DNA of 63,281 nucleotides, counting the filler, from Phoronis australis (lineage: Eukaryota; Animalia; Phoronida): the NCBI GenBank assembly GCA_002633005.1. It is 4 parts of 4 records of this genome, joined end to end, with 100 filler letters (N's around TTAATTAATTAA, not from the genome) between each part and the next. Parts side by side here need not be neighbours in the genome. Positions count along the whole stretch, not along the records: positions 39,476 to 63,281 come from NMRA01000112.1; 3 more parts are not named here. One strand, given 5' to 3'. Both the position numbers and the translations under genes were made by a program. The notes beneath the pieces are model-generated. The model was not told the origin of the DNA and searched no databases. It saw only the letters and a program-made list of their open reading frames with translations. Shown here in pieces: positions 51,293-63,281 of this stretch (the first letter of the stretch is position 1; each line of letters starts with the position of its first letter).

Positions 51293-52710
51293 GGAAGCTG
51301 GTTCCCGGGCCTCACAAGCTGACGTCACGAATGGCTTGTGAAGGCTCAGGTACAGCGCACTAGAACGATGGTTTTCATTGGCTGTCAGCTGGCCATTCTT
51401 AACAAGGAAGTTTGCTCTGCGCATGCTGACATCCGGTATTATGTTTTCAGGTCGCTAGGTGTCCCTAGAGTAATAAGTTATTTTGCGACTGGGTCGCGTT
51501 TGCGGTCGGGGGAACTCTCTGGTGAGGTAGCTGTTTATATATTTTGATATTACCAAACAACTGAAGTAAAATCATGTAATTAACGATTCCTTATTAGGAA
51601 AATAAACCTGAATTAACAATGGCTTCACTCTTTTCACTTGGCATTTTTTCAGTTTCATTTAGCACGCTTTTTATGAATTGAAAATGCCCCGAAATCCTGG
51701 ATTCTCTCCTCCTGTAAGATCTTACAGCAGGGGATGATACAGGATTTTGAGTTAGGAGGGAGGGGGGTAGGGGCAAGGGCAAGAGAATTTTAGGCAGGGC
51801 CATGGCCNCCCCCTTCCCCCTATCCGTCTTTGTGCAGTGTTACAGTAGACACTGTTGGTACCCAACCTCCACCTCTTCGCAGCCTACACAGTCTTCACTT
51901 CCTAGAACAACACAATTTTCGACCCTCCAGGTAGCCAATATTCTCAAGCTACATCCCTCTCCTCGTTGACATACTAATTTTTTCTTCTCCACTTCTCTTT
52001 TTGAGGTGGGACCCCGCACAACTTGAGAGTCCTAAGCCATTCAGATCACCTTGGGTATATTCGGGACCTCAAACTTCTCATTGGAAGTGAATTTAACCTT
52101 CGTGATTATCAAACTTAGTGGAAAATGATTGGCCATAAGTGAAATATCCAGGACACTCGATGTTCATGTCGGCTGCGGTGACACGATTGTTGAGTGTGCA
52201 GCAATGGCAAGAACATTGTAGTATTCTGGCAAGAATACCATATTATTTTGGGCAATGCTATAGTATTCTTGACAATGCTATGGTATTCTTGGCAAAGGTC
52301 CGATAGTAACTGGCAGTCATGCCAAAGGTCTGAGAATGCTATGTGCATGTCTCACTAGCATACAGGCATAGTTTAAAGGCGAAGGCAACCTTTTTCCATG
52401 TCATTTTGAGCTAAAATAAGGTTGGTTGGTTATCCTAGACATATTTTGCGCTTAATTACAGCTTTTCGTAATTTTATAAATTACTCGTCCGCAACTCCGG
52501 AAGTGACGTTTTAGGAGGCAAGCGTTTCCCGCCACTTGGTTTTGCGTTGACTTTACCGTGCGAATCTGTTCTATTCTACTTTTGTTTTGTTCTCTTTTTC
52601 AACAATTGTCGCCACCACTTTCCATCGGCGAGTATTCTGAGGCAAGATCGGTTAGTAGAGAACTCAACTGCGTTGGATTTAGGGATTGTTTAGTGTGTTG
52701 TAAGCTGAAA

Positions 52711-53000
52711 ATGTCTGGAGTCGGTGACCCCGCAGTGACAGTAGTGTGAGTGACGGAGACCTTGTTCACAGCAGTGGTGACGAGGATTTTTTTCACGGAC
52801 ATTCAGTGGGTGGGTACATGTTTGAGCCCGAGTATAACGAGGCAGAGTACGCACAGGCACAGGCAGCTGTTGAGAGAAACGAGGCGGCTACTGAGGACAG
52901 ACGTGGTGACACATCTTGGTGCAAATGCACTGTGTGCGTTGTTATGCCTACCTCAATGGAATGCTTGTGCTGTTCAGAGTTCGACGAGGCCAAGCCACTA
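52711..53000 (+). pseudogene. Kolobok accessory ORF, P2X7 intracellular (ballast)/nanor-like Cys-rich domain, truncated
   Basis: YMFEPEY ... WCKCTVCVVMPTSMECLCCSE motif; the ATG at 52711 is out of frame, implying a small indel. Confidence 0.75.
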
Positions 53001-53665
53001 CTGGACATGGTTAAGTGGACCTCCGGCATACCACGGACAGAGGAACAACTGTCCCACTAATTGCCAGAGTGTCCCGCGACACACTCCCACTGGATGGTGA
53101 CCTGAGCACCCAAACTGCTTACACCGTGTCGTGTGACTCCCTCGCCACACACCTGGCACCTTCTAAATAGCTCCAACACTTTAGACAAGTCCACAATAAA
53201 CTTATCAACGTTTGACTCACCGATCTGTTCACTGGACGACGAACTGTCCTCTTCACTGGGTGTCGAACTGATCCTGTAATCACTCCCACTACTCAATATC
53301 GCTGCAGGGCTGCTTAGAGGCTCTGGGCTGGAGAAAACACACACAGGGCGAATCACTACTGGTTCCAGGAATTGCACGCTGTGGGGTACGTTCGGAGGCA
53401 CGGATGATAGATGAAGTGCCTCCACTGGCTCCAGTCACTGTACTGGCCACAGCTCGCGAGGCTTCTCGCTTCAAAAACGCACTTCTCGGGGGTGGCGACG
53501 GGGCACTGTCGGGAATCAACACAGACGGAATGGCATCCTTCTTCAGACGTTGTTTCGCAGGGATCTTCATCAGTTCAGCGTACAAATCCCTTTCGTAATC
53601 GGACGGCAGAAAGTGCTTGCCACACACACGGTAATTCTCTACTGCTTTGAACGTTGCGTGGACGG
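53000..53665 (-). pseudogene. THAP-domain Kolobok transposase N-terminal region, disrupted
   Basis: RVCGKHFLPSDY...LKKDAIPSV (THAP C-terminal half), then KFIVDLSKVLELFRRCQVCG...WECVAGH...GMPEVHL. Confidence 0.8.
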
Positions 53666-54026
53666 TGTTGTGTATTGGCAATGCTACTTGTGGTTTTCCT
53701 TAGAATATAGTCACGTGGTATTTATGCCCACAAGCCACGTGCTCATCCCCTTCTTGTATTAGTTCTCCAAGCGAATAGACGTATTATATTTTACTCTCAT
53801 CTGTGTTGTTTTACTGGTTCTACGAACACAACATTTTGGCGACGAGGATAAAAATGGAAGATCTTGCGATTAAACCATTTATTCTTCATCCCACGGAGTC
53901 GGCTGGTTCCCGTTGGGAATTGTGGATTAAGCGCCTTGACAATTATTTGGTGGCAAAGAACATTACTCAGGATCCGCGCAAGAAAGCCACGCTTCTGCAC
54001 TATGCGGGGGAGGAAGTCTTTGTCAT
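53666..54026 (+). mobile_element. Gypsy LTR retrotransposon 5' end (LTR, tRNA-Ser PBS, gag start) inserted in the THAP domain
   Basis: LTR 53666-53833 TGTTGTGT...ACACAACA; PBS TGGCGACGAGGAT at 53837-53849; gag from 53854 MEDLAIKPF...RWELWIKRLDNYL...KKATLLHYAGEEVF; cut at the n at 54027. Confidence 0.88.
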
Positions 54027-54439
54027 NGATAACCAACCAACCTTATGTTAGCTCAAAATGATATGGAAAAAGGTTGCCTTCGCCTTTAACTCCAGAAGCT
54101 AGCCTACATCCTTTGGCTGAAGAGCCTTTTTCGTGTAAACATGAGGAAAAGGTAATGACTGCGCGCTGCCACTATTTCATGAACTGACAGGTATTTTGAA
54201 ATGCAATACTACAATACAAACAGAACTAACGATGGCTCAGTCATAAACCGTTGCATTAATTAACAAGTGTGATAGATCACATATAGAGATGCCGGTAGCA
54301 AGTTAAGCGTTAGTACTTGAAAGCAAATCACGTTTTAACCTGGACTGAGACTTTACATGTTACTGATGTACCTACATGTGTTGTTCAAAGCACTGCGAAA
54401 CTTTGATTTCAATTTTTACAGGTAGGCCACTAGACCCTA

Positions 54440-55080
54440 TATACAGTTGTAAGGTCTCCCAAAAATGAACCACTTTTTCGTAAGTAATTTCTCCGCAATG
54501 TATAAACCGATTTTTAGTTTCTTACAGATAAAACTTAAGATACTGTACCATCAATAAGAGTACAAAATATATGTATAAAATGGTCTGTGTCCAACTGTGC
54601 GAGTAGGCCTACTCTCAAAGAGCAGCTCGCTTATATCAGTCTATGCTCAGTGTTGCCTCCATCTTCCTCCACGACAAAACGGAACTGTTTCTTCCAACCA
54701 GAAATGCTTTTCTGTATTTCCTCCAGAGAAATTTCCTCCCATGACATAACTATCCTGTATTTTAACTCTTGCATGCTCAGTCAATTTGCCTCTCATTCCC
54801 CAGTAAACTTTCTCCTTTAGAGAGTCCCATATGGCATAGTCCAATGGATTGTAGTCAGTTCTGATAGGAGGCCACTCATCCATTAAGGTGAATTTTATGT
54901 GTGACCTCCTCCAGATGACCCTAGACTGATTTGCTAGGGCGTGAAGGCGCCCCATCTTGATGAAACACGCAATTGTTTCTAAAGAAAGTCGCCTGCAGTC
55001 CGAGAGAAGATTTTCATTCAGTATCAGCATGTAGCGTTGACTGTTAACTTTGACTCTATCAGAGAATATCGGACTTGCAG
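54440..55080 (-). pseudogene. Tc1/mariner transposase remnant
   Basis: Frameshifted QDGAP followed by EWPPIRTDYNPLDYAIWDSLKEKVY (WPPxSPDLNPLDY motif). Confidence 0.8.
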
Positions 55081-56932
55081 TGACAGCTAGTAAATATTTT
55101 CATTTAATACCATACTACACGTATGAGTAGGTAGGAGTTTTGACAAGCAGATTTGATGTGGCGTGTTTATAGCGTCGTCATCATTACATGGTCAAAAATG
55201 CCGTAACTGCAAGAGTGACGCAAAATAATGTCACCATAGATATGTCAATTGTACTTTTATCAGCGTCAATTCTTAACACCATCGTAAATGTTGTCTTTCA
55301 AAAAGCCAGTAAAATGTACAGCCTCGACAGGTCATCACCTTTATTAAACCTGGGCCTGATTTACATACGCCTGTGTTTATGTATACATATGTATTGCCAA
55401 TGCTGGTATAATTTTAATGTAGCGTGTACGACTATGCAAATATCAAGTTTCCCACATAATCAAATGCGTTTATTCACGCTTCCTCTTGCTGGTTATAGTG
55501 ACACGTCGTCATATACATTTTGGGAAGAAGAACGGAAAGAGGAACGGACTGCCATAGAAAACTATTGAATCAACACTATTAGGTTGCAATAGAAAGCAAC
55601 CACGTGCCCACCTTCCTGGATTCTGTATGTGTTAACTGCTAGCTCCTATTGGAACAGAACTTGAATTAGAACGTTTTGAAATCTCAAATCTGCGTTTCTT
55701 TTCGGAAGGTAAGTTAACATTACGTTCCAAACAATATTCACTATTATTATAATGATATAATTCTGGGACCGGGAAAGGTTGTGGAAGGGGTTTGTAAATT
55801 CGGTGACAACTAACAAGACTGAGTGATGTGGGTGCAATGTTCGGGCGGCATACGCTCGTCAGTTTCAAAGTTTCTCCTTTTCATGATGAAACAGTTGACT
55901 GTGTGCTTTTAGTGAAAGGCGTGAAATGGACGCCGTGGTTGACCAAAGAGATGATGGCGAAGAGAAAATTTCAAGAGAACGACCTCCAAGCAACCATATG
56001 ATCGCACAAAGAAAGTTCATTGATCTCAAAAGATGGTAATAAACATTTCTCGTCTAATATTCATTACCCCCTAAATTGTAGTCTCTTTAAGGAGTGTTTC
56101 ATCGACACACGCGAATGGATTATAATTTATAAAGGATTTGAGTCGTCATAATTGTCTCAGAAAATTTAGTGCTCGGGTACATGTAAAAGGCAAGTATTCC
56201 CAAACGACAAAGCTGGTTCCAAAGTTGAGTTCCGCAGGCAAACATTGAACAGGGTAAATAAATAGACCTGTGCCCTGGTGCCCTATCGATCGAAGACAAT
56301 TCGGCAAGCGGTCGTCGACCGCTCGGAACAATAGGCGACTGGTCTGCTTCCAACCGAATGGCAGCTGACCTGGCTACCGATTGATAATTTCGACATTTGC
56401 GTCATAGTTGGCTATACAGGTACGCCATTAGCAGATCCAAAATTATGGTGAGTGGTGAGATACTGTTGGGCTAAAATTTGTGTGAGTGCCTACGTGTCCC
56501 TTTGACTATTCTTTTTGAATCATTATTTATACGCCATCCATAAAAACGCGTTTATTACTCCCTGGAATTTTTTTCTGTAAAAGTGGGCCGATTGTAACCC
56601 TGAAGGGCCGTTTCCCCGAAGACTTAATTTAGGGTTAAACCTTAGAAGTAAAGACGAGAAACGCAGACCTGTGACTTGGAAATGATATGGATTCGATTTT
56701 TACGAGTTCTGTTTTTGTTGTTACAAACAATGTAAAATGAAACAATTTTCAATGTAAAGATGCAAATACATGTACATGTACATGTACGTGTTGACATGGG
56801 TCACTATCAAAAGGGATAACTACATGTATGTGTGCGAAGACGAGCTAGTCAATAATTAATCAACTCCATTGAAAACATTTGTGGTCTTGCCATGTCCAGT
56901 TCTGATTTTTTGATATTTTTGTACTATTTGAT

Positions 56933-56986
56933 TGTAACTCTGCTTAATTATTAAAATGATTATTTTAATAATTAAGCAGAGTTACA
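56933..56986. repeat. Perfect 25-bp inverted repeat with 4-nt spacer
   Basis: TGTAACTCTGCTTAATTATTAAAAT-GATT-ATTTTAATAATTAAGCAGAGTTACA. Confidence 0.95.
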
Positions 56987-59891
56987 CTTAAAAGTGTAAA
57001 ACAACCCAGCATGGTGTGAGTTCGAAATTATATTTCCGCGAATTATTTTCCGTTACCACAGCCGCTGGCAATTTCGCATGAACGACTTCTTTTCTAAAAT
57101 TGTTAAAAGCATTTTCTGGGTATACATTCAGTTTCACCAAATTTTAACAGTCGAGAAGGAGTTGATAACTTGACCAAGACTTGGGTGGCCACTGGAAAAC
57201 GAATACAACATGGCGTTTCGATTGCCCAAATTTCATCCTTAAACACCTAAAATGGCAGTTGCCGACTGAGGACTTACGCGTACTCGAATTGGTCCCCGGA
57301 AGACTTAAGTGTGGACTTCTAGCAGATCTTTGCTGGCCTGCTTCTCGTCGGGCGGACGGCGGGTCAATGACCGGTGGTCGATTCGTTTCCGACTGGTCGT
57401 ACAAAAATTTATGATCTGAAATACCCTCAAACTGGATTACTTTCCTATTCTTATCTTCGTAAAGTAAGTTTTCCGTATTCGTCAAATAACACAGCATACA
57501 TGTATTTAAACTGAGTTTCTGCTTAACGTTACCTTAGGTGGCCACAGTAAATCGGGGTTACTTGTATTCACTATTGCCAGATGGAATGAGCTCGGTCTAA
57601 ACACATGCATAAGCCTACATGTACGTGTCGTAGCACTCGATCTGGCCGGGGCGAGGCCTGGCATCACTCGCCCTAGCATGGAAGCAGTTTGTTCGTTAGC
57701 AACTGCTATACTAAAGGCTATTAAATTTCTTAAGATGTATTAAAAAAATTCCTTTTTGTGACTACCACCATGGTGGAAACTCTTTAATTTGTATTTTGGG
57801 GCTTAATAGACTGTTTTCATATTACACATTTTCCAGTACTTCATGGCGACCTTCCCTGATTATACGGGTTTCGTAGTCAACTTCGACCCCTGTGTCATCG
57901 GATCACCGTTTATACATACTGTAGTGAATAATCAATATTATTGAATTTGATTGACTTGGACACTCAAACATTTGCTACCGGCAGAGCCAGGTAGCAACTG
58001 TTGGGTTTGGGTAACCGCTGAGCACCCGTTGCATCCCCTTTTGCAGTTATAACAAGCATGGAATTAACACACGATGTTTAAACCAATGTAAAATGTTTCG
58101 CAGCTTGCTCACTCTTTTTATTGTTGCAGGCATTGTGTAGGACGACCACAGTATAAATATTCTTGTGGAGCGACATCTGTTGTGTCCTGTTGGAACTACC
58201 TCTTTTCAACATTGGGATACGGAAGGTATATATTTGTGCATGCATACATGTAGTGACGGTAGTCAACGTTTTTATGCTGCTACTGAATATGTACACCGTT
58301 AATTCAAAAGCTCAAACCTACATTAAGGATGCAGGTTTATGGACGAACACTTTGATATTGCCAAAAGGTGTTCATACTGCTCTGAAGTAGACACCAAATA
58401 ACTGACAACCGACATTTATTTAAAATTGGACCACGAAAGGTATGTTCAGTGCCAAACTTTCTCCTGAAACGAGTAACCCGTTTTTTTCTCGAGCAAACAG
58501 GATGGGTCAGTTCAATTTTCATCAGCGTTTCAGTTGTACAGTCCAGTCACCCACTTAGATAGCAGCTACTGTGGATCTGGAGTTTTTGTTTTGGCTGGAG
58601 AAACACAAATGTCAAAATGTGAAGGTTATCTCAAACCTTGTTTAGTGACCTCAAAAAACTTATGCTTTGTCAACTAATAAAAGTACGTATTTTCTGAAAA
58701 AAATCAAAAATATGTTGTATAATTATGTACCTTTATATTATAACCATTATTACGTTAACACCTTTAAGCATGTTTTAAGAAACGTACACTCTTAACAAAG
58801 TAACCCCTCGGTCGTGTTTAATGAAACAGTTTTAAATAAAAAACTTCACCAGTAACAGTACCTTGAAAAAACTTTGTAGGAATTTTCAATTAGTCTTCTC
58901 ATTTGTTTTGTATGACAAATCAATTCGCAAAACGTAAGGTATTTTTATAGAAATAGCAGCAGTCGTATTCGATGTCGTTACTTTACGAAAAAAAACTAGG
59001 CCTTTGTGTTCAAAATCCTAAAAACATTTTAGAGATTGTTAAGTAAATATTATGGTTCTTAAGTTTCAGCAAAACCACTTAGCCATTTTGAAAAGCTCGT
59101 GTTCCTGAGTTGTCAATTTGTCGAATTCTAGAAAAAGCCGATTAAATCGTTAGAGGTGATTGTCTTAAAGCCTTCGGTTGATTATTCGGTGAAAACTTCA
59201 ATATATCCTATACACCCCTTAGCCACGTTCATTATTTCGACATTCACGCGCAATGTCATCTGAAGTTGAAGCGCGTATTAACTTAATTATCACAAACATA
59301 TTTAATTTAAACAATGCATGGGGTCTAACCAAGTCACAGGTGAAGCTAACATATTAAGTGGGTCAAACTGGTTTATTTTGGTCCACGTTAAAATAGGTCA
59401 ACGGCTCACTGTTAGACACACAACGCGCTGGGAGAGTGATATAAAACCCAAGTACGAAATGGATACAGAAATCGTGTCGGTGGTTAAAGCACGTCGTGAG
59501 CATGATAATGAAACAGCTAAATGCCAAATTACCATAGTTAAAGAAGTCGGGTGAGGATCTATCTCATTTCACAATTTATTGATGTGTTCGTGAACACCCA
59601 GAAGCGTGACACGATTCGTAGCATTCGTTCTCAACGGTCGTATGCGTGTAGACACGCCCTTCTCTTAGGATCTAACCTGCGTGTTGTCTTCTTTTTCCAC
59701 GGCATCTTTCTATCATAAGTACACGTTGTTGATGCAATATTGTGGCTACTCGGCCATGAAAGGACTGGGGGTACATTGTACATACACGTACGGAGCTGCT
59801 CTGTGCCTGGTAGGATATTCGATTTGAGTGACAATCCCGTAAACTTTGACCTCGGATAAGTAGTAAACATTTTTCCCGAGAATAAAGATAC

Positions 59892-60761
59892 ATATAAATT
59901 ATTACATGGCGTCTTATTTTTGGTCTCTAAAATAACTTATACCACAATATTAGCCTGTACAACCGTGTAATAACCCATAAATTTATCTCACTGGTGATAT
60001 ATCAAACTTGGCGGGAAACCGAGGCTGGATTCGAACCCGGGTCTCAAAAGTTTCGAGTTGCCGACTTTACCACTACACCACTCAGCAGCTGACGTCATCG
60101 AACGTGAAAATAGAATACCGGTACTAAATGAGCACGCGCAACAATCGCATGTTCAGCAAAGGGCATTGCACCGACATTTATACGCTATGAAAAATAAGAC
60201 GCATAATTTCCATTAAAACGATATTTTGATTCAGTGAAAACTTTGTATCGTGTTCCCTCACTTCTAAATCACGGATCTCCAATTTGAATGCGAGTATCGT
60301 GTCTTCGGGATCCTTTGACTTGAGCAATATAGTCAGTTACTAGTGGTAACCTAGTTTAGCATACGATATTTTCCCGGTCGAAGCTTAGGGTGATAAAATG
60401 TGTAGTAAGCTATAATAATTGCTAAATCATAAGTTATAAATTCACTTTATTTTTTTGTTTAAATTTTCAATTGGTTTTGAGTATAAGCATTATTTGACAA
60501 AAATAGCTCGGCTTTTCTTAAAAGCTCACGACCTCCGACCCCTGACATTGAAAGTAGTTACAATGCCGAGGCGAGTCGAGAAAGGTAGATCGCTTCATTG
60601 CAATGTTTCTCGTTCAGTCGTTATCCCCCTTATCTAGAGCCCTCGTGGAGTTTTGAGAATTATCACCCTCGGGGCTAACGCCCCTCGGGCGATAAGTCTC
60701 CAAAATCCACTCGGGCTCTAGATAACAGGGGATGACGACTTCGCCATGTAATAATCTATAT
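59892..60761. mobile_element. Unclassified inverted-repeat element containing a tRNA-like segment and a long subterminal hairpin
   Basis: 20-bp terminal inverted repeat ATATA(A/G)ATTATTACATGGCG; tRNA-like 60015-60086 (-); ~60-bp-arm palindrome at 60617-60739. Confidence 0.55.
60015..60086 (-). pseudogene. tRNA-derived sequence (SINE-head-like, not a functional tRNA)
   Basis: A box TGGTGTAGTGG and B box GGTTCGAATCC; T-stem and anticodon arm do not pair canonically. Confidence 0.65.
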
Positions 60762-63281
60762 TTACTAAACATATGTGAAGTACTATAAAAGTGGCCAATT
60801 TTTATGAATACTGTTTGAGATATCCTTAACTTACTTTGCGTAATAGAACGAAGCACAATACTATGACTCAGTCGGATGCTTTGTAACTCAAAGTGACAAC
60901 CTTGGCTTCAGGAAAGCTGGCGGTCTGTTACCGTGTGTGGGCCTACTGACTGTTTATTCGTCTTTTGACGTTTCACATGGGGGTCACGACGAGATATATA
61001 CTATACTAACAAGGTAGTGCTAATGAACAAAGGACATTATTTTGAGAAAATTGAAACATCGCCAGAAAATTGTAACATGTACTGTCTACTGCACATGCGC
61101 GAAATCTTGCCAGAAGCCGTCCTTAATAAGTGGACGGGAACCTCATATTATTAGCAATTTAAGAATCACGGGGAATAACCGCACAATTTGCCGATAGCCT
61201 GATGCAGACACTGTATATTAAGACGTCCCTTGTACTTTGAGAATTGGTGGTGTAAGAAGTCACCGGTCGCCCATTTGCACTGTGATGAGAAGAGATCACC
61301 TTGTGATCAGTAAGAAGTATTGCTGTGTCCATTTCCGATCTTGGATGATCTTGAAAATACTTCCGAAGTTGGAAAAACATTGGATACATTCTTCATTTGT
61401 TAGCTGTTTTACAATTGTTATTCTAGCCAGGGGAGTGTGAAAAAGTGAATATGATCGCTTCTGTGTCAAATGTTGCCCGATCAAACACTAACCGAAACAG
61501 TGCAAAAGCATGTTAATCGTCCTCACAGTTAGAGAACATGTGCGTAATAGGATTTCAACTGCGCTGTTCTTCGCTGTATCATCTAAGGAGTACTGCTAGC
61601 TGTCTTGCGTGCGTCACCTGGTTACTCAGTTTTAAGTCGTTCAGTGTGAAATTTTTGAAGTTATCGAAGTTGCTGCGCGTACCATTCGTTCATCTTCTTA
61701 CAATGTACACGTGTTTAATAATGCTTTCTTGATAAGAAGAGCATAACTATTCCAAAATTTTGTAAAAAAATGTTTTTATTTGACTAAATAACTATTTCAG
61801 ACACACCCCTATCACGCAAGAAGAAGCCCTTGAAGTGCTAGGGTTCGAGGAAGATTATGGCGAGATATACTTCGGCATACTTGCAAGCAACGAAAAACTA
61901 CTGAGGTGAAAATCTCAAAACTCTACCCTATCAGTTTGTCATTGTCTTAGTTCGAGGTAGAGAGAGCCCTGACGACCGAAATCAGTCACTATGCTGCAAC
62001 GATTTATCTGTAAATAAACTTTACAGACAAATTGCGTATACGTTCCCTTTCCGAAGGCGCAATAGGGCAGTCAATTCGGCAGACACTTCAATTCGCCCTT
62101 ACCCACAATGCCGAAATATCGGTCTAGAAATTTTGTAGCCTGCATGTCGCCTTCGCTCTATTGGAGTGCCATGATGTTGTCGTTTTAATGGCACGTACTT
62201 GCCGTTTACAATACTCTATTTGCTCTTTCGACGCTAAAGAAGAATTACTGCTGTGCTGTACAGGGCTGCAAATCAGAAAGGTCTTGCGACTTGCGACATG
62301 ATCTCTGAAAATGTGCCTGACATTCCAAAATTACGTCAATGAAAATAACACACTTTCTTGTCACCGGGACAAAGGAGTTTTCTATTGCGTTGTAATCAAA
62401 GACGACCCTAAGCAACTAATCAAATTCACCCACCCTCGTCGTGACTTCGTACGCCCCAACACAACGCAACCTTAGTTTGAGAATGGATGATGATGAGAGA
62501 ATCCTGAATCATAGCTATTTCAATTTTGGCCTACATGTATGTGTGCAAGAACTTTATCCACTCAACTGATTGCATTTTTAGTGACCGGAATGATTTTCGT
62601 GCTTTGATTCATTTCTGCCCTCGTTGTAATTATATGAGTAAAACAAGTTGCGTTTCTTGCTGCTCAGTACCGAAAATTATCCCTACAATTAAAATCTTAC
62701 ACTTCTCATTGCAATCAAAATGTTAATTGTTGCTGGATTATTATTGTTCAAACACGGATTATAACTGAATTTCATGCTGATAATGATTTCGCTAACACTG
62801 GAAGTGATTGTGTTGTTTTGGGAGACGTCCGCTGCACAGGCAATTTTAAATTAAAATGGGCCACTTTTTGCGAGCAAAGCTTCCCAATGTCACAAGAGTA
62901 AAAGGCAAGTGTTTCGCTAGTACTCTTGGGAGTATAATAACGCCACCATAGCAAAATAGGGTCCACTGAATGAATGATCGTTCGGTGTGGTTAGAATTAT
63001 CAAATTACGGAATCATAGGACTCACTCGTTGGTTTCCAGTGTGCCCGCAAGGTGATTGGAGGGTGAGCAGGCACAGAACCTGTGGGATTTTTTCCATTGG
63101 GGTCAGGGAAGTAATAAACGTAAGAGAGATCTGATGAAGAAGAGGTAGGAGCAAAATCAGGGGGTGCCTCTCAACCACATCCAAAAGGTTGGGGGCGGAG
63201 TTAATTTCCATTTGTTAATATCAATTAATTAACACTTAATTATGGAAACTTTCACCGCACAAACTTTGTTTTAAAATAAGA

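Larger units (their letters stand above)
52377..54085. mobile_element. Kolobok (KolobokP-like) DNA transposon, internally deleted
   Basis: ~58-bp TIRs AGGCGAAGGCAACCTTTTTCCAT...GGTTGGTTATC; TSD TTAA at 52373-52376 and 54086-54089; convergent THAP-transposase and Cys-rich ORFs. Confidence 0.88.

Noticed and set aside
60015-60086. Functional tRNA gene (also 23867-23937)
   Set aside because: Stems do not form a canonical cloverleaf and both lie inside repeat elements.
63020-63170. Minus-strand open frame PPDFAPTSSSS...RAHWKPT ending at a GTGAGT donor
   Set aside because: No convincing acceptor, partner exon or recognisable homology within the window.

Overview
Draft-assembly window from a repeat-rich animal genome, probably a marine invertebrate (inferred from the TE repertoire and spliceosomal introns). 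It has five N-gaps, three of them carrying an artificial TTAATTAATTAA linker, plus several single-n joins. Two host genes can be read. (1) A partial, out-of-order PRMT1 (+ strand) whose THW-loop exon is present twice as 122-nt, same-phase, anciently diverged copies, the signature of mutually exclusive splicing. (2) A complete three-exon gene (44175-46265, +) that the ORF track only partly captures. It encodes a 192-aa secreted precursor: signal peptide, very acidic propeptide, RRLR site and a strongly cationic 11-Cys Spaetzle-like cystine-knot domain. The rest is largely mobile DNA: a Polinton/Maverick end with an uninterrupted 1093-aa protein-primed PolB; an RTE-X-like LINE whose ORF1 and ORF2 are in frame across a single TAG; a tRNA-containing LTR mini-retrotransposon (Helenus-like TRIM); Kolobok elements carrying THAP and P2X7-like ORFs, one hit by a Gypsy element; Sola3-, mariner- and Penelope-like remnants; Academ- and Merlin/MULE-like non-autonomous elements; and several nested MITE families with readable TSDs. 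The octamer TACATGTA is conspicuously frequent and in one case looks like a 6-bp insertion footprint. All family assignments come from motif recognition by eye, not database searches.
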